Shown here in pieces: positions 9,739 through 19,602 of a DNA stretch of 64,000 nt; the first letter of the stretch is position 1; every line of letters begins with the position of its first letter. Location: the NCBI GenBank assembly GCA_044344255.1, contig JBIJDH010000003.1:512001-576000 (forward strand), in the 5' to 3' direction. Below the pieces are notes generated by a model. The model made no database searches and had not been told where the DNA came from. It was given only the letters and a program-made list of their open reading frames with translations. The position numbers and the translations under genes are program-made. The stretch comes from Myxococcota bacterium. Its GTDB lineage: Bacteria; Myxococcota_A; UBA796; UBA2385.

Positions 9739-11325
9739 ATGGGCGACGAGAGCGGCGAGCGCCAGGGCGACAGGGGCGACAGGGGTGACAGGGGCGGCGG
9801 AGGGTCGGGGCTCGAAGGGGCGGAGGCGCCTCGACCGCCCGCTTGGCGGTGGAGGGACCTCCCGACCGGCTTCGTGATCGATGACTCTCCGGTGGCCCCG
9901 GCGCCGCCTGGGCTTGAGGCGGCCTTGGGCCGAGCGCTCGAGGCGATGGTCGCCCTGGAGGCCGGGGCGGTGGCGAACCCCGACGAGGGGCGGCAGGTCG
10001 GCCACTACTGGCTCCGCAGCCCGGAGCTCGCCCCCGACAACCTGGGAGCGGAGATCGAGGCGGTGTGGGCGCGGCTCGAGGACCTCGAGCGAGGACCCCA
10101 CGAGGACCTGCTGCTCATCGGCATCGGGGGCTCGGCCTTGGGCCCGCAGCTCCTCGCCCACGCCCTCGCCCGTCGGGGCGACCCCATGCGCCTCCACTTC
10201 CTGGACAACACCGATCCCGAGGGAATCTCCACGGTCCTCGACGGCCTCGACCCTCGGCGCACGCTCGTGCTCGTGGTCTCCAAGAGCGGGGGTACTGTTG
10301 AGACACACAACGGGATGCTCGCCGCGATGGCGCGCTGGGCCGCCGCAGGGGAGCCCTTCGAGCCGCACGCCATCGCGATCACGATGGAGGGCTCCGTCCT
10401 CGACCGCCTCGCCTCCGGCGCCTCCGGGACCCCCCCGTGGCGAGATCGGCTCCCCCTCTGGGACTGGGTCGGCGGCCGGACGAGCCTCTGCTCGGCGGTA
10501 GGCCTGCTGCCGATGGCGCTCTGCGGCTGGGACTGGCGCGCCTTCATCGCCGGCGCCCGCGAGATGGACGCGCTCGGTCGGCAGGCTCTGGTGCAGAACC
10601 CGGCGGCTCGGCTGGCGGCGGCCTGGTACCGCGAGGGGCGAGGGCGCGGGGAGCGGAACCTCGTGATCGAGCCGTATCGCGACCGCTTCCTCCTCCTCGG
10701 CCGCTACCTGCAGCAGCTCGTGATGGAGTCGATCGGCAAGGAGCTCGATCGAGAGGGCCGAACGGTCCACCAGGGGCTCCTCGTGTACGGCAACAAGGGA
10801 TCGACCGACCAGCACGCATTCATCCAACAGGTGCGCGACGGTCGCGACGACAGCCTCGTGATCTTCGTCGAGACCGACGAGTGCGGTCCGGAGCTGCGGG
10901 TCGGGCCGGACCTCCTCGCAGGAGACCACCTGCTCGGCTTCCTGTACGGCACGCGCGCCGCGCTGGAGGAGGCCGGTCGGCCGAGCCTCACCCTCCAGGT
11001 GCCGGACGTCAGCGCCCGGAGCCTCGGGATGCTCGTCGCGCTCTTTGAGCGGGCTGTGGGTATCTACGCCGAGCTCGTGGGCATAAACGCCTATCACCAA
11101 CCCGGGGTGGAGGCCGGTAAGAAGGGCGCAAAGCGGATCGTCGCCGCCCTCGGACAGCTGCAGGAGCTCCTCGGTGAGGATCTGCGTGAGACGGACTTCT
11201 TCGCTCGGTCGACCGGGCTGGAGGTGGGCCTCGCGTGGCGGCTCCTCAGCCACCTCGTCGCCACCGGGCGGGCGCGGTCGCTCCGATCCGCCGAGTGGGC
11301 CGAGGATCGATTCTCTCGAGCTTGA
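9739..11325 (+). CDS. pgi: Glucose-6-phosphate isomerase
   Basis: NPDEGRQVGHYWLR, IGIGGSALGP, SKSGGTVET, WVGGRTS, QQLVMESIGK, GSTDQHAFIQQ and NAYHQPGVEAGK. ATG at 9739. Confidence 0.95.
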   Translation: MGDESGERQGDRGDRGDRGGGGSGLEGAEAPRPPAWRWRDLPTGFVIDDSPVAPAPPGLEAALGRALEAMVALEAGAVANPDEGRQVGHYWLRSPELAPDNLGAEIEAVWARLEDLERGPHEDLLLIGIGGSALGPQLLAHALARRGDPMRLHFLDNTDPEGISTVLDGLDPRRTLVLVVSKSGGTVETHNGMLAAMARWAAAGEPFEPHAIAITMEGSVLDRLASGASGTPPWRDRLPLWDWVGGRTSLCSAVGLLPMALCGWDWRAFIAGAREMDALGRQALVQNPAARLAAAWYREGRGRGERNLVIEPYRDRFLLLGRYLQQLVMESIGKELDREGRTVHQGLLVYGNKGSTDQHAFIQQVRDGRDDSLVIFVETDECGPELRVGPDLLAGDHLLGFLYGTRAALEEAGRPSLTLQVPDVSARSLGMLVALFERAVGIYAELVGINAYHQPGVEAGKKGAKRIVAALGQLQELLGEDLRETDFFARSTGLEVGLAWRLLSHLVATGRARSLRSAEWAEDRFSRA

Positions 11326-11524
11326 ACCGCGATCTGGCGAAGCTGTCGCCCATCCGTTGCTTGCCATCGACCGGGCGGAGGGGGTATCGGGCGGCGCCGG
11401 CGGGCGGGCCCGCTGGGACTTGATCGTTCGCGCCCATTCTCCCCCACTCGATCGCCGCCGTCCTCGCCCACTTCGTGGCGTTCGTCCTCGCTGGGCCGGC
11501 CCCAGCGACAGCCAGGAGTCTCCC

Positions 11525-13711
11525 ATGTCGAACCCTCGCGTCCAGGCCCTCCGCACCGCCACCGAGCGCCCCGTGCGTGCCTTCCAGCGCCCCTCCGGCC
11601 CGGATGGTCAGCCGTTGCCCTTTCAGGCCTACTTCGGCCAGAACACCTTCCGGCTCGAAGACATGCAGGCCCACCTCCCTGCCAAGGTGGTGCGGCGCTT
11701 CCGCGAGACGATCGAGCACGGGCACAAGCTCGACGTCGAGCTCGCCAACCACATCGCGCGCGCCGTCCTCGACTGGGCCACGGCCCGTGGCGTGAGCCAC
11801 TACTGTCATTGGTTCCAGCCGCTCACTGGCTCGACCGCTGAGAAGCACGACTCCTTCATCGCCTTTGACGATGGGCGTCCGATCGCCAAGTTCTCGGGCG
11901 CGATGCTCATCCAGTCGGAGCCGGACGCGAGCTCCTTCCCCTCCGGCGGGATGCGCAGCACCTTCGAAGCCCGCGGGTACACCGCCTGGGACCCCACCTC
12001 TCCCATGTTCATCATGGAGCGGACGAACGGAGCCACGCTCTGTATTCCGAGCGTGTTCATCAGTTATCATGGCGCGGCCCTCGACAACAAGACGCCGCTC
12101 CTGCGCTCGATGGAGGCCATCAACACGGCTGGCGTGCGCCTCGCCCACGCCCTGGGTGACGAAGACGTCACCCGGATCACCCCCACCGCGGGTCCCGAGC
12201 AGGAGTACTTCCTGGTCGACAAGGCCTGGGTGGCCCTGCGCCCCGATCTTCACATCTGCGGCCGCAGCCTGCACGGCGCCCCCGCTCCGAAGGGCCAGAC
12301 CCTCGAAGACCACTACTTCGGCTCGATCCCGGGCCGAGTGCTCGCGTTCATGCAAGAGGTTGACACCGAGCTGTACAAGCTCGGGGTGCCGGCCAAGACC
12401 CGCCACAATGAGGTGGCGCCGTGTCAGTTCGAGATCGCCATCCTCTACGGAGAGGCGAACGTCGCTGCGGACCACAACCAGCTCGTGATGGAGATCCTCC
12501 GCCGGGTGGCCGACCGCCACGGCTTCGTCGCGCTCCTTCACGAGAAGCCCTTCGCCGGCGTCAACGGCTCCGGGAAGCACCTCAACTGGTCGATGTCGGA
12601 CAACCTCGGGCGCAACCTGCTCGAGCCGGGCGACAACCCGCACCAGAACCTGCGCTTCCTCGCCTACCTTTCCGCTACGGTGCTGGGCGTGTGGCGCTAC
12701 GGTGGCCTCCTTCGGGCCTCGATCGCCACGCACGGCAACGACTTTCGCCTCGGCGCGAACGAAGCCCCCCCCGCGATCATGAGCGCCTTCCTCGGCGACC
12801 AGCTCTCTCGTGTCGCCGACGCGCTGGCCAACGGCACTGTCCCCGAGGACGATCCGAACGCCGCCATGATCCAGCTCGGCGTCAGCCGTCTCCCGGAGGT
12901 GTCGCGGGACAACACCGACCGCAACCGCACGAGCCCCTTCGCCTTCACCGGCAACAAGTTCGAGTTCCGGGCGGTGGGCTCCAACATGTCGGTGTCGTTC
13001 CCCGCTGCGGTGTTGAACACGGTGGTCGCGGACGGGATGCGGGAGCTGGCGGAGCTCGTCGCGCACCATGGCGGAGGCAGCCAGGGCGCGCTGCGCGCGG
13101 TGGAGGAGGCCCTCCGGATGAGCGCAGCCATCCGCTTCGAGGGCAACAACTACAGCGCCGAGTGGGTGGTTGAGGCCGAGCGGCGCGGGCTGCCCAACCT
13201 CCGCACCGCCCCAGCCGCGCTCGAGGTGCTCAAGTCTGCCGAGATCGAGGCCCTCTTCGAGCGACAGGGTGTGCTTCGCCGAGATGAGCTCGAGAGCCGC
13301 TACCACATCCACCTCGAGCGGTACATCACCACCGTGGATATTGAGTGCGACCTGCTCTGCGAGGTGGTTGACCTCACCGTCATCCCCGCCGCGCTCGCGG
13401 AGCGTGGCGCCCTCGCCGCCGACGTGGCCGGACTCCGGGCGGCCGGAGTGGAGCCGAGCGCGGCCGATCTCGAGGCCCTCCGCGGCTTCGGGGCCCTCCT
13501 CGATGCGCTGCGGGAGGCCCGTAAGGAGCTCGACCGGGTCAACCTGGAGTCGGCCGAGCTCCACGGAGCGCCGCGCGCAGCCGCCTACGCCGCCGGTCGG
13601 GTGCCCGCGCTGGCCCGGCTCCGGGGTGTGGTGGATCAAGTCGAAGCGCGGGTCGCCGACCACCGTTGGCCGCTGCCCCGCTACCGCGAGATGCTGTTCC
13701 AGAACGGCTGA
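11525..13711 (+). CDS. glnA: Glutamine synthetase type III
   Basis: HYCHWFQPLTGSTAEKHDSF, EPDASSFPSGGMRSTFEARGYTAWD, EKPFAGVNGSGKH and DRNRTSPFAFTGNKFEFR. AGGAG RBS before ATG at 11525. Confidence 0.96.
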   Translation: MSNPRVQALRTATERPVRAFQRPSGPDGQPLPFQAYFGQNTFRLEDMQAHLPAKVVRRFRETIEHGHKLDVELANHIARAVLDWATARGVSHYCHWFQPLTGSTAEKHDSFIAFDDGRPIAKFSGAMLIQSEPDASSFPSGGMRSTFEARGYTAWDPTSPMFIMERTNGATLCIPSVFISYHGAALDNKTPLLRSMEAINTAGVRLAHALGDEDVTRITPTAGPEQEYFLVDKAWVALRPDLHICGRSLHGAPAPKGQTLEDHYFGSIPGRVLAFMQEVDTELYKLGVPAKTRHNEVAPCQFEIAILYGEANVAADHNQLVMEILRRVADRHGFVALLHEKPFAGVNGSGKHLNWSMSDNLGRNLLEPGDNPHQNLRFLAYLSATVLGVWRYGGLLRASIATHGNDFRLGANEAPPAIMSAFLGDQLSRVADALANGTVPEDDPNAAMIQLGVSRLPEVSRDNTDRNRTSPFAFTGNKFEFRAVGSNMSVSFPAAVLNTVVADGMRELAELVAHHGGGSQGALRAVEEALRMSAAIRFEGNNYSAEWVVEAERRGLPNLRTAPAALEVLKSAEIEALFERQGVLRRDELESRYHIHLERYITTVDIECDLLCEVVDLTVIPAALAERGALAADVAGLRAAGVEPSAADLEALRGFGALLDALREARKELDRVNLESAELHGAPRAAAYAAGRVPALARLRGVVDQVEARVADHRWPLPRYREMLFQNG

Positions 13712-13825
13712 GCGGGGTGGCCCTCCGGGGCACGTCGCAGGATTCTCGACAAGTAGTCTGGATCCTGCCATTGCTCCGCCGCAGTCCGTGGGGTACCCTC
13801 GCCGCCTCTTTCGCTGGAGTCCCCC

Positions 13826-14089
13826 ATGGCTGACGGTGGTAGCAACAAGGGCAAGTTCGTAGCGGGCTGCTCCTGTCTCTCGGTTGTCTTCTTTCTCTTC
13901 CTGATCATGTTCATTCAGTTCGGGTTGAGCATCGTCGTCGAGCAGGTGCCGGACATCGCGGTGGCCGCCTCGGTCATCTCTGGGGTGGGCGCTTACATCT
14001 CGTACTCGTGCTGCTGCTTGAGCGGCGTGGGCATGGTCATCGGCATCGTGATGCTGGCCATGGGCGGCAAGAAGGAAGCGGAGGCCTAG
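13826..14089 (+). CDS. Small two-TM membrane protein, Cys-rich
   Basis: 87 aa, GGAG RBS, two hydrophobic helices, GCSC and SCCC motifs. Confidence 0.7.
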   Translation: MADGGSNKGKFVAGCSCLSVVFFLFLIMFIQFGLSIVVEQVPDIAVAASVISGVGAYISYSCCCLSGVGMVIGIVMLAMGGKKEAEA

Positions 14090-14094
14090 TCTGG

Positions 14095-15117
14095 ATGCGG
14101 ACGCCCGATGAGGCCCTCGCTGCCTGGGGAGACCCTGGCCCCGTGCTGGACTGTGCGGACGCGGGCCTCATCAACCGCACCTGGCTGGTCGGCGAGCCCA
14201 CGCGCGCCGTCCTCCAGTGGTTGAACCCGATCTTCTCGCCGCTCGTGAACGGGGAGATCGGCGCGCTCACCCGGCGCCTCGCCGAGCGCGGCCTCCTCAC
14301 CCCCCGGCTGATCCCGACGGCGTTGGGCTGGGAGTGGTTGACGGATGACGTAGGGTCCTGGCGCCTGTTGAGCTTCGTCCCTGGCCGAACGCTCCACCGC
14401 GCCACGGGGCTCGCGCAGCTCGAGAGCGCGGGGCGGTTGGTGGGGCGCTTCCATGCCGCCCTCGCCGACTGGGCGCATGTGCGCTCGGCCCCCCGGCGTG
14501 ACATTCACGACACCCCTCGGCGCATGGCCGATCTCGAGGCCGCCTTCGGAGGGGCAGAGGCCCATCCGCTGTACGCGGAGGCGCGCGTCCTGGCCGAACA
14601 GGTCCTCGGCGACTGGGCGCGCTGGGACGGCCAGCTCGACGGCCCCGAGCGGATCTGTCATGGAGACCTCAAGCTCTCCAACTTGCGTTTTGACGAGGCC
14701 GGACATGAGGCCATCTGCCTGCTCGACCTCGACACTGTGGGCCCGATGGCGCTGTCTTGTGAGCTCGGTGACGCTTGGCGGAGCTGGTGCAACCCCGCGG
14801 GGGAGGACGATCCCGAAGCGGTGACCTTCTCGGTGGAGGTCTTCGCGGCCAGCGCACGCGGTTTTCTCTCGGCCGCTCCGCCGATGTCAGCCGGGGAGAA
14901 GGCGAGCCTGATCCCCGGGATCGAGCGGATCTGCCTTGAGCTCGCCGGTCGCTTCTGCGCCGACGCGGTGCGGAACACGTACTTCCGCGAGGATCGCGGG
15001 CGCTTCCCGGCCCCGGGCGCCCACAACTTGCGCCGCGCCCAGAGTCAGCTCGCGCTGGCCCGCCGCGCCCGCGCCGCCCGGTCGGCCTGCGAGGACGTCT
15101 TCGCGACCCTCCCCTGA
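14095..15117 (+). CDS. APH/choline-kinase-like phosphotransferase (NahK-like)
   Basis: GLINRTW, ICHGDLKLSNLRFD, CLLDLDTV, ELGDAWRS and ELAGRF. Confidence 0.85.
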   Translation: MRTPDEALAAWGDPGPVLDCADAGLINRTWLVGEPTRAVLQWLNPIFSPLVNGEIGALTRRLAERGLLTPRLIPTALGWEWLTDDVGSWRLLSFVPGRTLHRATGLAQLESAGRLVGRFHAALADWAHVRSAPRRDIHDTPRRMADLEAAFGGAEAHPLYAEARVLAEQVLGDWARWDGQLDGPERICHGDLKLSNLRFDEAGHEAICLLDLDTVGPMALSCELGDAWRSWCNPAGEDDPEAVTFSVEVFAASARGFLSAAPPMSAGEKASLIPGIERICLELAGRFCADAVRNTYFREDRGRFPAPGAHNLRRAQSQLALARRARAARSACEDVFATLP

Positions 15118-15227
15118 GGGTCGCGGGGCCGTGCGACGGCGGGTCAGCCCGGCGCCGTTGACTTCAGCGCCGGGGGCCCTACGACTCTCCACCACCCCGA
15201 TGCGTTCGCGCCGCCTACGGAGCGCCC

Positions 15228-16670
15228 ATGTCCCTTCCCCGCCCAGACGGTCCCCCGGGTGCTTGGTTCGAGGGGCTGGGCGTGAGCCCGGAGCTCCTCC
15301 GGCGAGTGATGGCCGCGGCCCTGGGCCAGGGGGCGGAGGACGCCGACCTCTACTTTCAGCACGCCGCCTCGACGAGCCTGAGCCTCGCCGATCACAAGGT
15401 CAGCCGGGTTGACACCCAGGTCGACCTGGGGATGGGGGTGCGGGTGCGGGTGGGTGATCAGGTCGGCTACGCCTACTCCGAGGATCTTCGCCCCGAGGCC
15501 CTGCTCGCCGCCGCGCGCACCGCCGCCGCCTCCGCGGCCCACAGCCGCAGCCCGAGGGTCGCCCAAGAGGCCCGAGCCGTGAAGATCGGTGACCACTACC
15601 CGGTCGAGAGACCCTTCTCTTCGGTCGAGGTCTCCGAACGAGTTGCGCTGCTTCGCGCCTGGGATGAGGCTGCCTTCGCCCGCGACCACCGGGTGGAGCG
15701 AGTCGAGGCCACCCTCGTCGATGGGGCGAGCGTGGTCATGATTGTGCGGCCGGACGGTCGCCTGGTCGAGGACTGGCGGCCTTCGACGGTGGCGATGTTG
15801 CGCTGCACCGCCTCTTCCGCGGGCCAGAGAGAGTCCGCGAACTTCAGCGTGTCGGCGCGTCGCGGGATGGAGTTCTACAGCGCCGAACGCCAAGAGCGCC
15901 TCGTCGCGGAGGCCGTGGAGCGCACCATCTTCCTGCTCGGCGCCACGAAGCCCCCCGCTGGGGAGATGCCGGTGGTGCTCGCAGCCGGGCCCTCCGCCAT
16001 CCTGCTGCACGAGGCCATCGGACACGGGTTGGAGGCTGACTTCAACCGAAAGCGCACGAGCATCTACGCCGACCGCATCGGGGAGCGCATCGCCGGCCCC
16101 GAGGTGACCATCGTCGATGACGGGACCCTCCCGGGTACCCGTGGCGCGCTCAACGTCGATGACGAGGGCAACGCCACGGAGCGAACCGTGCTCGTCGAGG
16201 GCGGCGTTCTCCGCTCCTACCTGCAGGATGAGCTCAGCGCCGCGCATGACGGGGTCGCCTCCACGGGCTCTGGGAGGCGGCAAGACTTCCGGCACGAGCC
16301 CCTGCCACGGATGCGCGCGACCCTGATGGTCGAGGGTCCCCACGCGCCCGAGGACATCATCCGCTCGGTCGATCGCGGCCTCTACTGCGTCTCCTTCTCC
16401 AACGGATCGGTGAACATCGGGGGAGGGGACTTCTCCTTCTATATGCGCCACGGCTACCTGATCGAGGGGGGGAAGCTCACGAGACCGGTCAAGGACGTCA
16501 ACATCATCGGCAACGGACCCCGGGCCCTCGAACGCATGGACATGGTGGGCAATGACCTCGTCGTCGACGAAGGGGGCTGGACCTGCGGCAAACAAGGGCA
16601 GAGCGTGCCGGTGAGCCAGGGCATGCCCACGGTGCGGGTGTCCAGCTTGACCGTCGGGGGTGTGAATTGA
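15228..16670 (+). CDS. tldD: TldD metalloprotease subunit
   Basis: ILLHEAIGHGLEADFNRK, TIVDDGT, DDEG, PRMRAT and CGKQGQSVPVSQGMPT. Confidence 0.95.
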   Translation: MSLPRPDGPPGAWFEGLGVSPELLRRVMAAALGQGAEDADLYFQHAASTSLSLADHKVSRVDTQVDLGMGVRVRVGDQVGYAYSEDLRPEALLAAARTAAASAAHSRSPRVAQEARAVKIGDHYPVERPFSSVEVSERVALLRAWDEAAFARDHRVERVEATLVDGASVVMIVRPDGRLVEDWRPSTVAMLRCTASSAGQRESANFSVSARRGMEFYSAERQERLVAEAVERTIFLLGATKPPAGEMPVVLAAGPSAILLHEAIGHGLEADFNRKRTSIYADRIGERIAGPEVTIVDDGTLPGTRGALNVDDEGNATERTVLVEGGVLRSYLQDELSAAHDGVASTGSGRRQDFRHEPLPRMRATLMVEGPHAPEDIIRSVDRGLYCVSFSNGSVNIGGGDFSFYMRHGYLIEGGKLTRPVKDVNIIGNGPRALERMDMVGNDLVVDEGGWTCGKQGQSVPVSQGMPTVRVSSLTVGGVN

Positions 16671-17992
16671 GCGCCACCGCCGATCTCCTCGAGCTCGGGG
16701 AGCGGATCGTGCGGTTGGGGCGCGACCTCGGGGCGGACGAGGTGGCGGCGCGGACCGGAACGGGGACCTGGACGGAGCTGGTTTGCCGGGACGGCGCGGT
16801 TGAGAAGGCGCACGAGTCGCGCTCGCTCTCCGCCACGATCTCGCTGTTGGTCGATGACCGCTACTCTTCCCATCATACGAGCGATCTTCGGCCGGAGGCC
16901 CTCCGGACCTTCCTCCGGCGCGCGGTCGAGGCCACGCGCTACCTCGAGCCCGATCCCGACCGACGGTTGCCAGAGCTCAGCAGCCAGGGTGTCTCAGGGG
17001 CGGCCCTTGACCTCCTCGACCCCCAACCTTTGGGGGAGGCCGAGACCCGACGGCGTGTGACGGCGCAGGTGGAGGCGGCGATCCGCGCGGCGGTGAGCGA
17101 CCTGCCGATCCGCTCGGTGAGCGCCTCGGCGTCATCGGGGAGATCGGCTGGGGCGATGGTCCACTCCCAAGGCTTCTCCGCAGCTTGGGAGGGCACCCGC
17201 AGCTCCTTCTATGGGGGGCTGAGCGTGGAGGACGTCGGGGGGCGGCTCCCCGATTCACATGCCTCTTTCTCGGCGGTGCACCAGTCCGATCTGCCGCCGA
17301 TATCGCGCGTGGGGGAAGAGGTGGGGGCGCGCATCCGCCGTCGGCTCGGCAGCGGCCCCGCTCCCAGCGGGCGTTACCCCCTGCTCCTCGAGGGTCGGGT
17401 GGCGTCCCGCCTGTTGAGCGTCCTCACCGGTCCGCTCGACGGCACGGCCCTGTTCGAGAAGCGGAGCTGCATGTCGGGGCGCCTCGGCCAGCGGGTCGCG
17501 TCGGCGGGCTTCAGCCTCTACGATGACCCGCTGCTCCCTCGCGCGATCGGCAGCCGAGCGTGCGACGGGGAGGGGCGCCCCTCCGCCCGCAGGGCCATCG
17601 TCGAGGACGGCGTGCTCCAGAGCTACCTCCTTGGGGTGTACAACGCACGGCGGCTCGGCCTCGCCCCCTCGGTCGCCTCGCTGTCCAACGTCGTGGTCCC
17701 GGCGGGCCGCCGCAGCCCCGCGGCCATCCTGGCCGAGCTTGGCCCCAGCGTGCGGGTGGACGGCTTCCTCGGTGGGAACACAAACCCCACCTCGGGGGAC
17801 TTCTCCTTCGGCATCACCGGCCTGCTCGTCGATCGGGGCGAGGAGACCCGGCGTCTCTCGGAGATGAACGTCTCCGGCAACGTCTTCGAGCTCTTCGATC
17901 GCTTCTTGGAGGCGGCTGAGGATACGTGGGTCTATGGCACCTGGCAGAGCCCCTCCCTCCTGTTTGACGATGTCCAGCTCTCGGGGACCTGA
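16667..17992 (+). CDS. pmbA: PmbA/TldE subunit
   Basis: TTGA overlap with tldD. YDDPL..., DGEG, NPTSGDFSFG and SPSLLF, with no HExxxH motif. Confidence 0.9.
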   Translation: MSATADLLELGERIVRLGRDLGADEVAARTGTGTWTELVCRDGAVEKAHESRSLSATISLLVDDRYSSHHTSDLRPEALRTFLRRAVEATRYLEPDPDRRLPELSSQGVSGAALDLLDPQPLGEAETRRRVTAQVEAAIRAAVSDLPIRSVSASASSGRSAGAMVHSQGFSAAWEGTRSSFYGGLSVEDVGGRLPDSHASFSAVHQSDLPPISRVGEEVGARIRRRLGSGPAPSGRYPLLLEGRVASRLLSVLTGPLDGTALFEKRSCMSGRLGQRVASAGFSLYDDPLLPRAIGSRACDGEGRPSARRAIVEDGVLQSYLLGVYNARRLGLAPSVASLSNVVVPAGRRSPAAILAELGPSVRVDGFLGGNTNPTSGDFSFGITGLLVDRGEETRRLSEMNVSGNVFELFDRFLEAAEDTWVYGTWQSPSLLFDDVQLSGT

Positions 17993-18008
17993 GCTGGCCC
18001 CGGCCGCC

Positions 18009-18947
18009 GTGGAGCCTCGCCGAGGCTCGCTGCGGTGGGCTTGGGTTGTGCTCTGCCTCGGCGGGGCGGCGCTCTGCCCGGGGGCCCTCGCCGCAGACGC
18101 CCCCAGGGCCACGGTGCCCGCGCCCGCCGCCGGCGCCGCAGGTGGGCCCGCCCCAGATGTGCCCGCCGCAGGTGGGCCCGCCGCAGGTGAGCCCGAGCTG
18201 GGCCCGGCCGGGGCGGCGGCCGACCAGGAGATCGTGGTCTTCGGTGAGCTGGAGCTGGCCAAGCAGCGAGCCCTGCTCGAGCGGGACCTCCGGGCCCTCG
18301 GCTATCGACCCGGCAAGCGAAAGGAGGGTGAGACGGTCTTTCGCCCCGAGGTCGCCTGGAAGCCGACGGTGGTGATCCACGACGAAGGCTTCGTCATCAT
18401 CAAGCGCACGCCGCCTCGCTTTGAGTCTTACGTAAAGAGCGAGTCGAAGCTACGTTATTTGGCTTGTGTGCCGCCCTTCACGCCGATGTGTGTGCGTATC
18501 GGCGGGATCATCGTCACGAAGCGCAAGCTCGCGCACCAGAAGTCCAAGGTGGCCGCCGCCATCGATCCCGACCTGCGGGACTGGCAAGGCGCCATCTCTG
18601 GCCTCGCGATGGACCGTCGGCTCGGGGTCGAGGTCCCCGACCAGCTCGACCGCCTGTGGTTGCAGGGGGTCCCCTTCGACGGTGACCAACCCACCCTCCC
18701 CACGCCGCTCGAGCGTCGGGCGGCGATGCTCACCTTCTGGGCTGAGCGTGCGTGTAATCCGGAGGGAGCGCAGGTCTCGGAGCTGGTCGCCCTGTACCTC
18801 GACGAGGTGGTGCAGAGCTCCACGGACCCGGTCACGCTCGCGGAGCAGGGGGCCGCCAATCAGCGAACGATCTGCCCGCGGAGCCTTCAATTGTCCGGTC
18901 TTGCGCCCGCGACACCGCCACCCCTCGGAGGCAGGCCCGCCCCTTGA
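18009..18947 (+). CDS. Exported hypothetical protein
   Basis: GTG at 18009, signal-like LRWAWVVLCLGGAALCPGALA, AAGGP repeats, then a globular domain. Confidence 0.65.
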   Translation: MEPRRGSLRWAWVVLCLGGAALCPGALAADAPRATVPAPAAGAAGGPAPDVPAAGGPAAGEPELGPAGAAADQEIVVFGELELAKQRALLERDLRALGYRPGKRKEGETVFRPEVAWKPTVVIHDEGFVIIKRTPPRFESYVKSESKLRYLACVPPFTPMCVRIGGIIVTKRKLAHQKSKVAAAIDPDLRDWQGAISGLAMDRRLGVEVPDQLDRLWLQGVPFDGDQPTLPTPLERRAAMLTFWAERACNPEGAQVSELVALYLDEVVQSSTDPVTLAEQGAANQRTICPRSLQLSGLAPATPPPLGGRPAP

Positions 18948-18972
18948 CGAGTCCGGAGCCGCCGCTTAGGGC
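18944..18972 (+). promoter_or_regulatory. Putative sigma-70 promoter of the rimP operon
   Basis: TTGACG-17 nt-TAGGGC upstream of the rimP leader. The -10 element is weak. Confidence 0.4.
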
Positions 18973-18999
18973 AGAAGGAACCAATCCGATCCCCAACCA

Positions 19000-19028
19000 G
19001 GAGCGGCCCTCGGGCCCTCCTTTTTTTT
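19000..19028 (+). terminator. rimP leader: intrinsic terminator/attenuator upstream of rimP-nusA-infB
   Basis: GC-rich hairpin GGAGCGGCCCTCGGGCCCTCC followed by T8, about 50 nt before the rimP ATG. This matches the position of the known rimP-leader element. Confidence 0.8.
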
Positions 19029-19077
19029 CGCCCGCGCGGCACCCTCACCGCGCTCCTCCGCTCGGAAACGCCCCTCG

Positions 19078-19602
19078 ATGGACTTCGCAGCTCGCCAAAT
19101 GCTCCGCCAGCGCATCCGCGCTATCGCTGAGCCCGTCGTGCTCCGGGCCGGCTGCGAGCTGGTCGCCGTCGAGCTGGGTGGCGGAAAGGGCGCGACGGTC
19201 CTTCGGTTGTACATCGACAAGCCGGAGGGCGTGGCCGCAGAGGACTGCACGCGCGTCAGCCGCAGCCTGTCCCCGGAGCTCGACGTCGAGGATCCCATCC
19301 CCGTGGCCTACACCCTCGAGGTGTCGAGCCCTGGCATGGAGCGCCCGCTGGAGAGGCCGGCCGATTTTGAACGGTTCAAGGGCTCCCGAGTTCGGGTGAA
19401 GATGCCAGGCGAGTTTGGTCGCCGGCAATTCACCGGTGTGCTCGGGGGTCTCGAAGAAGGCTCTCTCATCCTGGAGGTCGCCGGCGGGCGTCTCGAGCGG
19501 ATCCTGCTGGATCAGATCGAGCGTGTTCGTCTGGACCTCACCTTTGACGAGTTCATGCGGCTGGCGGAGAGACCGCTGGCCGAGCGAGGAGAACTGCCAT
19601 GA
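19078..19602 (+). CDS. rimP: Ribosome maturation factor RimP
   Basis: [26 protein letters not shown] and [14 protein letters not shown], in the expected operon position. Confidence 0.96.
   Translation: MDFAARQMLRQRIRAIAEPVVLRAGCELVAVELGGGKGATVLRLYIDKPEGVAAEDCTRVSRSLSPELDVEDPIPVAYTLEVSSPGMERPLERPADFERFKGSRVRVKMPGEFGRRQFTGVLGGLEEGSLILEVAGGRLERILLDQIERVRLDLTFDEFMRLAERPLAERGELP

Noticed and set aside
11335..11351. TGGCGA-N5-TCGC as a sigma-54 promoter for glnA
   Set aside because: GG/GC spacing is right but there are several mismatches. Too likely by chance in GC-rich DNA.
9661..13771. Long minus-strand ORFs opposite pgi and glnA (similar ones oppose nusA, infB, prfC, the M16 pair and the Sel1 gene)
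   Set aside because: Stop-poor antisense frames are expected at this GC content and codon bias, and they show no recognisable motifs.
15228..17992. TldD/PmbA as part of a RiPP cluster
   Set aside because: No precursor, YcaO or transporter nearby. The pair is a widespread housekeeping module.
18125..18196. 15-bp tandem repeats as CRISPR or mobile-element repeats
   Set aside because: No spacers or cas genes. They encode an in-frame AAGGP linker.
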